Part shown: positions 10,181-19,200 of the stretch, piece after piece
Numbering within the stretch: the first letter of the stretch is position 1
How the letters are laid out: the number at the start of each line of letters is the position of its first letter
NCBI RefSeq assembly: GCF_018378075.1
Contig: NZ_JAGZYE010000001.1
Location: 246,997 to 310,996, forward strand
DNA: 64,000 bases
Source of the DNA: Veillonella parvula
Lineage (GTDB): Bacteria > Bacillota > Negativicutes > Veillonellales > Veillonellaceae
Reading direction: 5' to 3'
The notes under the pieces: model-generated
What the model saw: only the letters and a program-made list of their open reading frames with translations
Databases searched by the model: none
Told to the model about the DNA's origin: nothing
Position numbers and translations under genes: made by a program

Positions 10181-10209
10181 TTGCTTTCTCACTGTAAATA
10201 CACTATAAT
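10181..10209 (+). promoter_or_regulatory. Sigma-A-type promoter for the metK leader (TTGCTT - 17 nt - TATAAT)
   Basis: Near-consensus hexamers with 17-nt spacer directly upstream of the riboswitch. Confidence 0.6.
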
Positions 10210-10218
10210 ATTTTTGTA

Positions 10219-10350
10219 ACTCATCAAGAGTAGTGGAGGGATAGGCCCTGTGAAGCTACAGCAACCATTCCAAGCGGAAAAGGTGCTAATTCCTATGACA
10301 AATGTCGTTAGATGGGAGGGTCTCTCATGAGTGCATGAGAGACTTTTTTT
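10219..10350 (+). promoter_or_regulatory. SAM-I (S-box) riboswitch with intrinsic terminator expression platform
   Basis: CTCATCAAGAG...GGAGGGA..GGCCC.GTGAAGC..CAGCAACC...AAGGTGCTAATTCC matches the S-box consensus; followed by GTCTCTCATG/CATGAGAGAC stem and TTTTTTT at 10319-10350, 18 nt before metK. Confidence 0.9.
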
Positions 10351-10367
10351 CGTATTAGGAGGATAAA

Positions 10368-11558
10368 ATGGCTGAAAAACATATGTTTTTTACTTCTGAA
10401 TCTGTTACTGAAGGCCATCCAGATAAAATAGCTGACCAAATTTCTGATGCTGTTTTGGATGCGATTATTGAAAAGGATCCAACTGCTCGTGTGGCTTGTG
10501 AAACTTTAGTTACTACTGGTTTAGTTCATGTAGTAGGTGAAATTTCTACTCATACATATGTTGATATTCCTCGCATCGTACGTGATACAATTCGTGAAAT
10601 TGGTTATACTCGTGCAAAATTTGGTTTTGATTGTGATACTTGTGGTGTACTTGTATCCATCGATGAACAATCTGCGGATATCGCCATGGGCGTTGATGAA
10701 GCACTTGAATCAAAAGATGGCAATGGTGAAGTGCTTGATAAAATCGGTGCTGGTGACCAAGGTATGATGTTTGGCTATGCATCTAATGAAACACCTGAAC
10801 TCATGCCTTTGCCAATTTCCTTGGCACATCGTTTATCTCGTCGACTTACAGAAGTTCGTAAGGATGGGACTTTAACTTACTTACGTCCAGACGGTAAAAC
10901 TCAAGTTACTGTAGAATATGTTGATGGTAAACCTAAGCGCATTGATACAATTGTTATTTCTACGCAACATAGCCCTGAAGTGACCCAAGAACAAATTAAA
11001 GCCGATTTGAAGCGTTATGTAATTGACGCAGCGTTGCCTGCTGAATTCGTTGATGAAAATACTAAATACTTCATCAATCCAACTGGTCGTTTCGTAATTG
11101 GAGGCCCTCATGGTGATGCTGGTTTAACTGGCCGTAAAATTATTGTAGATACATACGGTGGTATGGCCCGTCATGGTGGCGGTGCATTTTCTGGTAAGGA
11201 TCCATCCAAAGTGGACCGTTCTGCAGCATACGCAGCACGTTATGTAGCTAAAAATGTTGTAGCAGCAGGTCTTGCTGATAAATGTGAAGTGCAAGTTGCT
11301 TATGCAATTGGGGTTGCTCATCCTGTATCTATTTTAGTTGATACTTTTGGTACAGGTCGCATAGAGGAAACAAAAATTCAAGAGCTTGTTAAAAAACATT
11401 TCGACCTTCGTCCAGCAGGAATCATTGAAATGCTTGATTTGTTAAAGCCTCATTATCGCAAAACTGCAGCGTATGGTCACTTTGGTAGAACTGATGTGGA
11501 TTTACCTTGGGAACGTACAGATAAAGCACAAATTCTAAAAGAAGAAGCTGGCTTATAA
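10368..11558 (+). CDS. metK: S-adenosylmethionine synthase
   Basis: 396 aa; [19 protein letters not shown] and GGGAFSGKD signatures. Confidence 0.97.
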   Translation: MAEKHMFFTSESVTEGHPDKIADQISDAVLDAIIEKDPTARVACETLVTTGLVHVVGEISTHTYVDIPRIVRDTIREIGYTRAKFGFDCDTCGVLVSIDEQSADIAMGVDEALESKDGNGEVLDKIGAGDQGMMFGYASNETPELMPLPISLAHRLSRRLTEVRKDGTLTYLRPDGKTQVTVEYVDGKPKRIDTIVISTQHSPEVTQEQIKADLKRYVIDAALPAEFVDENTKYFINPTGRFVIGGPHGDAGLTGRKIIVDTYGGMARHGGGAFSGKDPSKVDRSAAYAARYVAKNVVAAGLADKCEVQVAYAIGVAHPVSILVDTFGTGRIEETKIQELVKKHFDLRPAGIIEMLDLLKPHYRKTAAYGHFGRTDVDLPWERTDKAQILKEEAGL

Positions 11559-11561
11559 TAC

Positions 11562-11597
11562 AAAAGGTCTTGGTAGAATTTCTACTGAGACCTTTTA
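11562..11597 (+). terminator. Rho-independent terminator after metK
   Basis: AAAAGGTCT...AGACCTTTT stem, with inner GTAGAA/TTCTAC pairing, and a T-run. Confidence 0.75.
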
Positions 11598-11620
11598 TAA
11601 TAAACGAAAGGAAATAATGT

Positions 11621-13804
11621 ATGCGCGTAGCACAAGTTATAATTAACAGACCAGCCAAACAACTTCATAAACCTTTGAGCTATTTAATGCCTGAAAAGTT
11701 TGGTAATGTTTTACCTGGTACGCGCGTACTCATTCCTTTAGGACATAGTCGTGAAGAAGGCATTCTTATTGGTTACGACGAGTTAGTTGAGCCACCAGAG
11801 TTCACTTTACGAAATATTGTGCAAGTATTAGATAGTGAACCTTGGTTTACACCGGAAATGATGGATACGGCCCGTCGTCTAAATGAGTATTATTTATTCT
11901 CTTATGGCGATGCATTGCGATTGTTTACAGTGAATAAGACATTAAAATCTTACGAGGCACCAAAGGAAGAATGGTTAGTAGTTATGCCAGAATTTTCGGT
12001 GGCACAATTTAGTGAACGGAAAAAGAAACAACGAGAATTAGCAAAATACTTACTTGAAGTGGGCGGAGCATCTAAGGCATTACTGCTAGCTAAAGGCTAT
12101 TCTCGTATGGTCATTAAACAAGTGAGTGAAGCTAAAGGTATTGTCGTTGAAGCTCGTTTTAAAGCCACAAAAACAACATTTGATGAGCTTTTAACAGAAG
12201 AAGTTAATATTCCTCTTACTGAAGCTCAACAAGCTGTATATGGACCAATACAAGCTGCAATGAATAGCCATGAACATAAAACCTTTTTACTTCATGGTGT
12301 CACTGGTAGTGGTAAGACTCAATTATATTTACGTGCTACAGCAAAATGTATTAGTCAGGATAAGACGGCTATTATTTTAGTACCTGAAATTATATTGACT
12401 GATCAAATTGTGAGACGATTTGTAGAAACTTTTGGTGACGAAGTCGTAGTATTTCATAGTAAATTGACGGTACAACAACGGAACAATAATTGGGAGCGTT
12501 TGCGCCGTAAGGATAGTCACATTATTATTGGCGCTCGTTCTGCCGTATTTGCGCCAGCTGAGGATATCGGCCTTATTGTGGTCGATGAAGAACATGATCC
12601 ATCTTATAAACAAGAGGATATGGTTCGGTATCATGCACGTAACGTGGCATTGTGGCGTGCTGAGGCACATGGTTGTCCCGTTATTTTAGGTTCTGCTACA
12701 CCATCTGTTACTTCGTATTATAAAGCTAAGCAAGGGGAGTATCATTTACTAGAGTTGCCAAATCGCATTTTTGAGCAACCTATGCCGAAGGTTACTATAG
12801 TAGATATGAAGGAAGAAATTCTTCATGGAAATTACTCCGTTTTTTCTGATGCCATGAGTCGCTTAATTCAACATACATTGGATGAGCATAATCAAATGAT
12901 TATTCTGTTAAATAGACGCGGTTATAGTACTTTTGTTATGTGCCGGGATTGTGGGGAAACTATTATGTGTCCTCATTGTGATGTAGCTATGGTTTATCAC
13001 CAAGCTGGTGAAGAATTGCGTTGTCATTATTGTGAACATCATGAACCAATTCCAACTGTTTGTCCCAAATGTAATAGTAAGAGGATTAAGTTTTTTGGTT
13101 CAGGCACACAAAAGGTAGAGGAAGAGTTACGTCGTCACTTTAAATCGGCCCGCATTGCTCGTCTTGATCAAGATGTGACAAAAAAAAAGCAATTAGCAGA
13201 AGATATTTTACATGACTTTGGGGCTCATAAATATGATATTTTGTTGGGAACACAAATGGTATCTAAAGGTCATGACTTTAAAGATGTAACAGCTGTTGGT
13301 ATTTTAACAGCCGATTCAGTTTTGAATATTCCTGTTTATACAGCTTCAGAACGAACTTTTGATTTACTTACTCAAACCTCTGGACGTGCCGGTAGGGGTG
13401 AAAAACCGGGTAGCGTTGTAATACAAACATATAATCCTTTAAATTATGCTATAATAAAGAGTAAGGCTCATGATTATATAGGCTTTTACAATGAAGAAAT
13501 TAAAAATCGTAAAGCTTTAGGATATCCTCCATTTCGCGAAATGATTCATATGGTAGTGCGTCATCAAGATATGAAAATATTAGAGTCTATAGCAAATCGT
13601 ATTGTCGATGACTTGGAGTCTTATAAAGGAAATCAGGATATTTTGATTAATGGTCCTTATGAAGCGCCTATAAAAAAAGTGCGCGATATGTATCGTTTAG
13701 CTATTATGATTCGCGGTACAGATTTAACAAATTTGAAAGAATATATATATAACTCATGGATTTTCACGCAAGAAGGACTGCTGATTGACGTGGATCCCGT
13801 GTAG
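11621..13804 (+). CDS. priA: Primosomal protein N' (replication restart helicase PriA)
   Basis: 727 aa; Walker A GVTGSGKT, DEEH box and Cys-rich zinc-binding region CRDCG...CPHC...CHYC...CPKC. Confidence 0.95.
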   Translation: MRVAQVIINRPAKQLHKPLSYLMPEKFGNVLPGTRVLIPLGHSREEGILIGYDELVEPPEFTLRNIVQVLDSEPWFTPEMMDTARRLNEYYLFSYGDALRLFTVNKTLKSYEAPKEEWLVVMPEFSVAQFSERKKKQRELAKYLLEVGGASKALLLAKGYSRMVIKQVSEAKGIVVEARFKATKTTFDELLTEEVNIPLTEAQQAVYGPIQAAMNSHEHKTFLLHGVTGSGKTQLYLRATAKCISQDKTAIILVPEIILTDQIVRRFVETFGDEVVVFHSKLTVQQRNNNWERLRRKDSHIIIGARSAVFAPAEDIGLIVVDEEHDPSYKQEDMVRYHARNVALWRAEAHGCPVILGSATPSVTSYYKAKQGEYHLLELPNRIFEQPMPKVTIVDMKEEILHGNYSVFSDAMSRLIQHTLDEHNQMIILLNRRGYSTFVMCRDCGETIMCPHCDVAMVYHQAGEELRCHYCEHHEPIPTVCPKCNSKRIKFFGSGTQKVEEELRRHFKSARIARLDQDVTKKKQLAEDILHDFGAHKYDILLGTQMVSKGHDFKDVTAVGILTADSVLNIPVYTASERTFDLLTQTSGRAGRGEKPGSVVIQTYNPLNYAIIKSKAHDYIGFYNEEIKNRKALGYPPFREMIHMVVRHQDMKILESIANRIVDDLESYKGNQDILINGPYEAPIKKVRDMYRLAIMIRGTDLTNLKEYIYNSWIFTQEGLLIDVDPV

Positions 13805-13817
13805 TGTAGGAGTATCA

Positions 13818-14306
13818 ATGGCTGTTTTAGATGTTGTGAAAGCAGGTCATCCCGTTTTAAAACAAGTGGCGGAACCTGTAGAACATGTTAATAAAAAACT
13901 TAGAGTCCTTATCGATGATATGGCTGAAACTATGTATAAGACTGAAGGAGTTGGTCTTGCAGCACCTCAAGTGGCTGTAGCTAAACGTATTATCGTTGTA
14001 GATGACCAATCTGGTAGTGGTCTTATTGCGCTAATTAACCCTGAAATCACTCATGCTGAAGGTTCTCAAGTTGGACCTGAAGGATGCTTAAGTGTGCCAG
14101 GATATTTCGGAGATGTGGAACGATTTAATAAAGTCACCGTTAAAGGTATTGATCCACATAATAAGAAGGTAACTATAAAAGCTGAAGGTTTTTTGGCGCG
14201 TATTTTCCAACATGAAATTGATCACTTGGAAGGTCATTTGTTTATTGAAAAAGCAACTAACTTACGATTAATTACTGATCATCCAGAGGAGAAAGAAATT
14301 GTCTGA
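13818..14306 (+). CDS. def: Peptide deformylase
   Basis: GVGLAAPQ, EGCLSVPG and HEIDHLEG motifs; start at ATG 13818 after AGGAGT. Confidence 0.95.
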   Translation: MAVLDVVKAGHPVLKQVAEPVEHVNKKLRVLIDDMAETMYKTEGVGLAAPQVAVAKRIIVVDDQSGSGLIALINPEITHAEGSQVGPEGCLSVPGYFGDVERFNKVTVKGIDPHNKKVTIKAEGFLARIFQHEIDHLEGHLFIEKATNLRLITDHPEEKEIV

Positions 14307-15309
14307 TAATAAACAATTACGCATCGTTTTTATGGGGACACCAGACTTTTCTGTGCCTACCTTAGAGGCTTTGATTCAAGCTGGTCATTCTATTGTCGGT
14401 GTGTATTGCCAGCCTGATAAACAAAAAGGGCGTGGTAAACAAGTTCAAATGCCCCCTGTAAAAGTAGCTGCTTTAGAGCATGACTTGCCTGTATATCAAC
14501 CAGTCACTTTGCGTGATGAACAAGTGAGAGCCGAATTAGAAGCATTACAACCAGATGTAGTGATTGTTATTGCGTATGGTAAAATTTTACCTCCTTGGCT
14601 TATTCGATTGCCGCAATATGGTTGTATTAATGTTCATGCCTCTATTTTACCTAGTTATAGAGGCGCTGCGCCAATTCACTATGCAATTCTTAATGGAGAC
14701 TCTAAAACGGGTGTTACCATAATGCATATGGATGATGGACTTGATACAGGTGATATCATCGACATTGTGGAGACAGATATTTTACCCGGTGAAACGACAG
14801 GACAGTTATTTGAACGTATAGCTGTACTGGGGGGTGAAACTATAGTACCTGTATTAACTCGTTGGGTTAATGGAGAAATTGTGGCTACACCACAAGATGA
14901 TACAATGGCTACACATACTACTAAGATTACAAAGGAAATGGGGCAGATCGACTGGTCTAAGCCGGCTAATGAAATTGCAAACCTTATTAGAGGACTTAAT
15001 CCAGCACCTGGATGTTATACATATCTCGATGGAAAACGTTTAAAAGTATGGTCTGGAGAAGTGGTTCCCAGTGATACGACTCACTGTTTGATAGATATTC
15101 ATGGAAAACATGTACCAATTGCTATATCAGCCACAACTGTGCCTGGTACAATCGTATCTAAAATAGCCGGTTTAGGTGTATTTTGTGGTGATGGAAATAT
15201 AATTCTATTAACAGAAGTCCAACCAGAAAATAAAAAACACATTTCTGCAATTGATTTTATAAATGGTCATCAAATAAAGGAAGGTATCGTTTTTGGGGAC
15301 TCAATATAA
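14299..15309 (+). CDS. fmt: Methionyl-tRNA formyltransferase (probable TTG start overlapping the def stop)
   Basis: LRIVFMGTPDFSVPTLEAL N-terminus and formyltransferase core; GGAGAAAG RBS upstream of TTG 14299. Confidence 0.9.
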   Translation: MSDNKQLRIVFMGTPDFSVPTLEALIQAGHSIVGVYCQPDKQKGRGKQVQMPPVKVAALEHDLPVYQPVTLRDEQVRAELEALQPDVVIVIAYGKILPPWLIRLPQYGCINVHASILPSYRGAAPIHYAILNGDSKTGVTIMHMDDGLDTGDIIDIVETDILPGETTGQLFERIAVLGGETIVPVLTRWVNGEIVATPQDDTMATHTTKITKEMGQIDWSKPANEIANLIRGLNPAPGCYTYLDGKRLKVWSGEVVPSDTTHCLIDIHGKHVPIAISATTVPGTIVSKIAGLGVFCGDGNIILLTEVQPENKKHISAIDFINGHQIKEGIVFGDSI

Positions 15310-16087
15310 GCAGTACGAAACGTATCCGTTATACTTGATTTTATCAACTATTACATGTGCTTTGCTCACAGCAGTACTAGCCTTTCTAATGTATATATTA
15401 GAACCAGGACTTTTACAATTGCATCCATTTGCATCAATTATAAGTAGTGTAGTTATATCTATACTTATTGCTATTATATGGATTTTGTGCTTATCTTTAA
15501 TTGTTGCTAGCACAGGTATTATACGGTTACATCCTATTGTTTTAAGACTAGCCAATCAGTTTATTTATGGATTATTTCCATTAACTTTGGCGATTGGTAA
15601 GGTGAGAGGGGTTACTAAGGATCAACTCCGCCAGTCTATGATTGATTTAATCAATCATTTAGTAATGCTAGATATGTATACGGTAGATCCAGAACGTATA
15701 TTATTATTAACTCCTCACTGTTTACAAGAAAGTTCGTGTGTTCATAAGGTTACACATGATGTATATAATTGTAAGCAGTGTGGGCGATGCCAGGTTGGTA
15801 ATTTGTTGCAAGTGGCTAAGGACTATGGTTGTCAATTTATAGTTGTCACTGGAGGCACCTTAGCGCGGATGAAGGTAAAGGAAGCACGCCCAAAAGCTAT
15901 TGTAGCAATAGCTTGCGAACGAGATTTAGCAAGTGGAATGGCTGATGTATTTCCCATCCCAGTTATTGGGGTATTAAATGAACGTCCTAATGGGCCATGT
16001 TGTAATACAACAGTCGATTCTGAACGTGTTCGAGCAGTAGTAGAACAATTGATTGGTAGGAATAGTAATGATAGAGGTAAAGACTAA
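15293..16087 (+). CDS. DUF116 family protein (two N-terminal TM helices, Cys-rich C-domain); start uncertain
   Basis: A conserved-unknown family commonly found between fmt and rsmB in Clostridia-like genomes; CxxC...CxxC pairs; alternative start ATG 15389. Confidence 0.6.
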   Translation: MGTQYKQYETYPLYLILSTITCALLTAVLAFLMYILEPGLLQLHPFASIISSVVISILIAIIWILCLSLIVASTGIIRLHPIVLRLANQFIYGLFPLTLAIGKVRGVTKDQLRQSMIDLINHLVMLDMYTVDPERILLLTPHCLQESSCVHKVTHDVYNCKQCGRCQVGNLLQVAKDYGCQFIVVTGGTLARMKVKEARPKAIVAIACERDLASGMADVFPIPVIGVLNERPNGPCCNTTVDSERVRAVVEQLIGRNSNDRGKD

Positions 16088-17423
16088 TCAACAACAAAAT
16101 ATTCGATTGCTCGCTGTAAAAGCATTGAGTGAAATTAATCGCAATGGTGCTTATGCAAATATAAAGTTGCAAGAGTATTTACAGAAATATCATCTATCCG
16201 ATTTAGATCGAAGATTCTTTACTGAACTTGTGTATGGGGTCATTCGTAGAAAAAATTACTTGGATGCTATTATTGTTCACTTTGCAAAGCGACCCTTAAA
16301 GAAACTATCTTCTATGGTTGTGGAAATCCTTAGACTTGGTATTTATCAAATTATCTATATGGATAAGGTTCCTGAAAGTGCGGCTGTTAACGAATCTGTT
16401 AAACTCGCCAAAAAGCTAACTAGAGGTTTATCTGGTTTTGTAAATGCTGTTTTGCGTTCGGTTTTACGTGAAAGTGATAGCATTTCTATCGGTGAACTAG
16501 CTAAGTCCGAAGCTGAAGAAATTTCCTTTATCTACAATCAACCATTATGGCTTGTCAACTTATGGATAAAAGAAATGGGAAAAGATAAGACCGTAGATCT
16601 TTGTTCTTGGTTTAATGAACAACCTCGTTTGACGGCTCGCATAAATACAGTGAAAGTATCTATTGAGGATTGTTTAAAAGAATTAGAAGATTTAGATTGG
16701 ATTGTAGAACAGGATACATATATTCCTGAAGTAGTTTATATTGATGGACATCAAGGTCATTTAGAAAAAGCTAAACCTGTTTTAGAAGGTCATATTACTT
16801 TTATGGATAAAGCATCTATGTTAGTAGCCCATGTGGTAGATCCTCAACCAGGAGAGCTTATCTTAGACTGTTGTGCTGCACCAGGTGGCAAGTCTATGCA
16901 TATGGCAAGTCTTATGAATAATACAGGAGCTATTATGAGTTGTGATATTTACGACCATAAATTAGAACTGATTAATCAAAATGCTGAGCGATTAGGTGTA
17001 TCTATTATTTCTACTAAGCTTCAAGATGGTCGTTATCTTCCTGATAATTGGAAAGAACAATTTGATCGCGTCTTAGTTGATGCTCCTTGTTCTGGTCTAG
17101 GTATATTACAAAAGAAATTAGACATGCGTTGGCGTAAAACAGAGTCTTTACTTATTGAGTTGCCGCCGTTACAACTTGAAATATTAGAAAAAGCTTCTGA
17201 AATGGTTAAGGTTAATGGATATTTAGTATATTCCACATGTACTATGAATAGTGGTGAAAATGAAGCTGTTCTAAATAAATTCTTGGCAATTCATAAGAAC
17301 TTTATCATCGATCCTGTATCATATAAAGGGGCACCACAAGCTATAGATGGTATGATTACAACCTATCCACCGCGAGATCATATGGATGGTTTCTTTATGG
17401 CTCGCATGAAACGCTTATCATAA
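16068..17423 (+). CDS. rsmB: 16S rRNA (cytosine967-C5)-methyltransferase RsmB (Sun)
   Basis: NusB-like N-domain plus the C5-MTase motif DAPCSG and the ...TCT... Cys motif; 451 aa from ATG 16068. Confidence 0.9.
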   Translation: MIEVKTNQQQNIRLLAVKALSEINRNGAYANIKLQEYLQKYHLSDLDRRFFTELVYGVIRRKNYLDAIIVHFAKRPLKKLSSMVVEILRLGIYQIIYMDKVPESAAVNESVKLAKKLTRGLSGFVNAVLRSVLRESDSISIGELAKSEAEEISFIYNQPLWLVNLWIKEMGKDKTVDLCSWFNEQPRLTARINTVKVSIEDCLKELEDLDWIVEQDTYIPEVVYIDGHQGHLEKAKPVLEGHITFMDKASMLVAHVVDPQPGELILDCCAAPGGKSMHMASLMNNTGAIMSCDIYDHKLELINQNAERLGVSIISTKLQDGRYLPDNWKEQFDRVLVDAPCSGLGILQKKLDMRWRKTESLLIELPPLQLEILEKASEMVKVNGYLVYSTCTMNSGENEAVLNKFLAIHKNFIIDPVSYKGAPQAIDGMITTYPPRDHMDGFFMARMKRLS

Positions 17424-17441
17424 TATAAGAAATGGAGCACC

Positions 17442-18488
17442 ATGATAGAATTATTGGGTAAGTCTTTAGAAGAATTACAATCTATCTTTAAGACCCATAA
17501 TATACAAAAGTTTCGAGCGAAACAGTTAATTGACTATATCTATCATAGATATATTTTTGATTTTGAAGACATGACACAATTTCCGAAAGACTTGCGTCAA
17601 TGGCTAGGTGATAATTGTGTTATTTCTTTACCTACATTAATTACAGAGTCTATTGCCCCTGATGGAAAGACTCGCAAAATACTTGTAGAGATGTCAGATC
17701 AAAGTCGTGTGGAAGCAGTTTTGATGGAGCAACACTATGGGTATTCTGTATGTGTTTCCTCTCAAGTGGGGTGTGCTATGGGATGTGTATTCTGTGCTTC
17801 TACACAAGGTGGCTTATACAGAGATTTAACAGTCGCTGAGATTATTGGACAAGTTGTCATATTTGGGGCTCTTACTAAAGAGGAAATACATTCTGTTGTC
17901 GTTATGGGCGCAGGGGAGCCGTTACAAAATTATGATAATGTATTACAAGCATTACAACTACTACATGATCCTATGATTTGTAATATTAGTTATCGTAAGA
18001 TGACGATTTCCACTTGTGGTTGGGTTCCTAATATTTATAAATTAGCTGATGAAGGTTTGCCAATAACCTTAGCACTTTCATTACATGCTACAAATAATGA
18101 AGTTCGTCGTAGTATTATGCCCGTTGGGGCACGTTATGAATTGACGGAAGTCTTAGATGCGGTAAAATACTATTATAATACGATACAGCGTCGTGTTACC
18201 TTTGAGTATATTCTTATAGATTCTGTAAATGCATCTATGGATGAGGCTCATGCTTTGGGGAAAATCTGTAAAGATTTCCCAAATTGTCATGTTAACTTGA
18301 TCCCAGTTAATGGCAATGAACATATTGAATTATATAAACCATCTATTACGAATATGAATACATTTAAAGACATCGTCAGTTCCTATGGTGTATCAGTAAC
18401 GGTACGAAAGGAAATGGGCGATGCAATCCAAGCCGCATGTGGGCAGTTAAAGGCTGCTCATGGTCGGAAAAAGGAGAATCATGAATAA
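17442..18488 (+). CDS. rlmN: 23S rRNA (adenine2503-C2)-methyltransferase RlmN (radical SAM)
   Basis: CAMGCVFC radical-SAM triad, GxGEPL, conserved ylo-cluster position. Confidence 0.9.
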   Translation: MIELLGKSLEELQSIFKTHNIQKFRAKQLIDYIYHRYIFDFEDMTQFPKDLRQWLGDNCVISLPTLITESIAPDGKTRKILVEMSDQSRVEAVLMEQHYGYSVCVSSQVGCAMGCVFCASTQGGLYRDLTVAEIIGQVVIFGALTKEEIHSVVVMGAGEPLQNYDNVLQALQLLHDPMICNISYRKMTISTCGWVPNIYKLADEGLPITLALSLHATNNEVRRSIMPVGARYELTEVLDAVKYYYNTIQRRVTFEYILIDSVNASMDEAHALGKICKDFPNCHVNLIPVNGNEHIELYKPSITNMNTFKDIVSSYGVSVTVRKEMGDAIQAACGQLKAAHGRKKENHE

Positions 18489-19182
18489 TTTTGTTGGTTT
18501 AAGTAAAATTGGGCTTGTGCGCCAGCGTAACGAGGACCGTTTCTTCATTGATGGCCATATTTGTGCTGTTACTGATGGCATGGGTGGTTATAGCGGTGGT
18601 GAAATTGCAAGTACCTATGCTGTAGATGAAATAAAAGAATATTTGTCCTCCCTTGAAACGATAGGTCAACAAGACTTATGTGATGCTATTATTCACGCTA
18701 ATCAACGTATTGTAAATCGCGTTGCTTGTGAAGAACGTCTTGCTGGTATGGGTACTACCGCTGTAGTTACAGCTATAAATGGTAATCAACTTTACTGGGC
18801 AAGTGTTGGTGATAGTCGTTTGTATGTATATAGAGATGGTCATTTACGACAAATTACTACGGATCATTCTATGGTACAAGAATTATTAACAGCTGGAGAG
18901 ATTACAAAGGATGAAATGCTAAATCACCCTCAACGGAATTTATTAACTCGCGCAGTTGGTGTTGATGAAATCTTAGAGGTTGATAGTGGCGTAGAATCTA
19001 TTCTTCCCGGTGATCGTATTTTACTTTGCACTGATGGATTAAGTGGCTATGTATCCGATGATGTAATTGCCTCTGCATTACAATCAACGGATGATGATAT
19101 GTTGGTTATTGAATCATTGATGGAAGCTGTATATGAAGTCGGAGCAGGAGATAATGTGACCATTGTGGTGGGAACAATCTAA
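18481..19182 (+). CDS. stp: PP2C-family Ser/Thr protein phosphatase (Stp/PrpC)
   Basis: GLVRQRNED, DGMGG and DGLS motifs; start ATG 18481 after AAGGAGAA; precedes the PASTA kinase. Confidence 0.9.
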   Translation: MNNFVGLSKIGLVRQRNEDRFFIDGHICAVTDGMGGYSGGEIASTYAVDEIKEYLSSLETIGQQDLCDAIIHANQRIVNRVACEERLAGMGTTAVVTAINGNQLYWASVGDSRLYVYRDGHLRQITTDHSMVQELLTAGEITKDEMLNHPQRNLLTRAVGVDEILEVDSGVESILPGDRILLCTDGLSGYVSDDVIASALQSTDDDMLVIESLMEAVYEVGAGDNVTIVVGTI

Positions 19183-19200
19183 TCTAGAAATGGAGAAATA

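Noticed and set aside
10537-10782. Overlapping 76-aa (+) and 78-aa (-) ORFs inside metK
   Set aside because: Both lie within the unambiguous metK frame; His/Gln-rich nonsense translation typical of shadow ORFs.
17442-18488. Radical-SAM rRNA methyltransferase as possible Cfr resistance gene
   Set aside because: It sits in the conserved rsmB-rlmN-stp position of the ylo cluster with no mobile context, so it is most parsimoniously the housekeeping RlmN.
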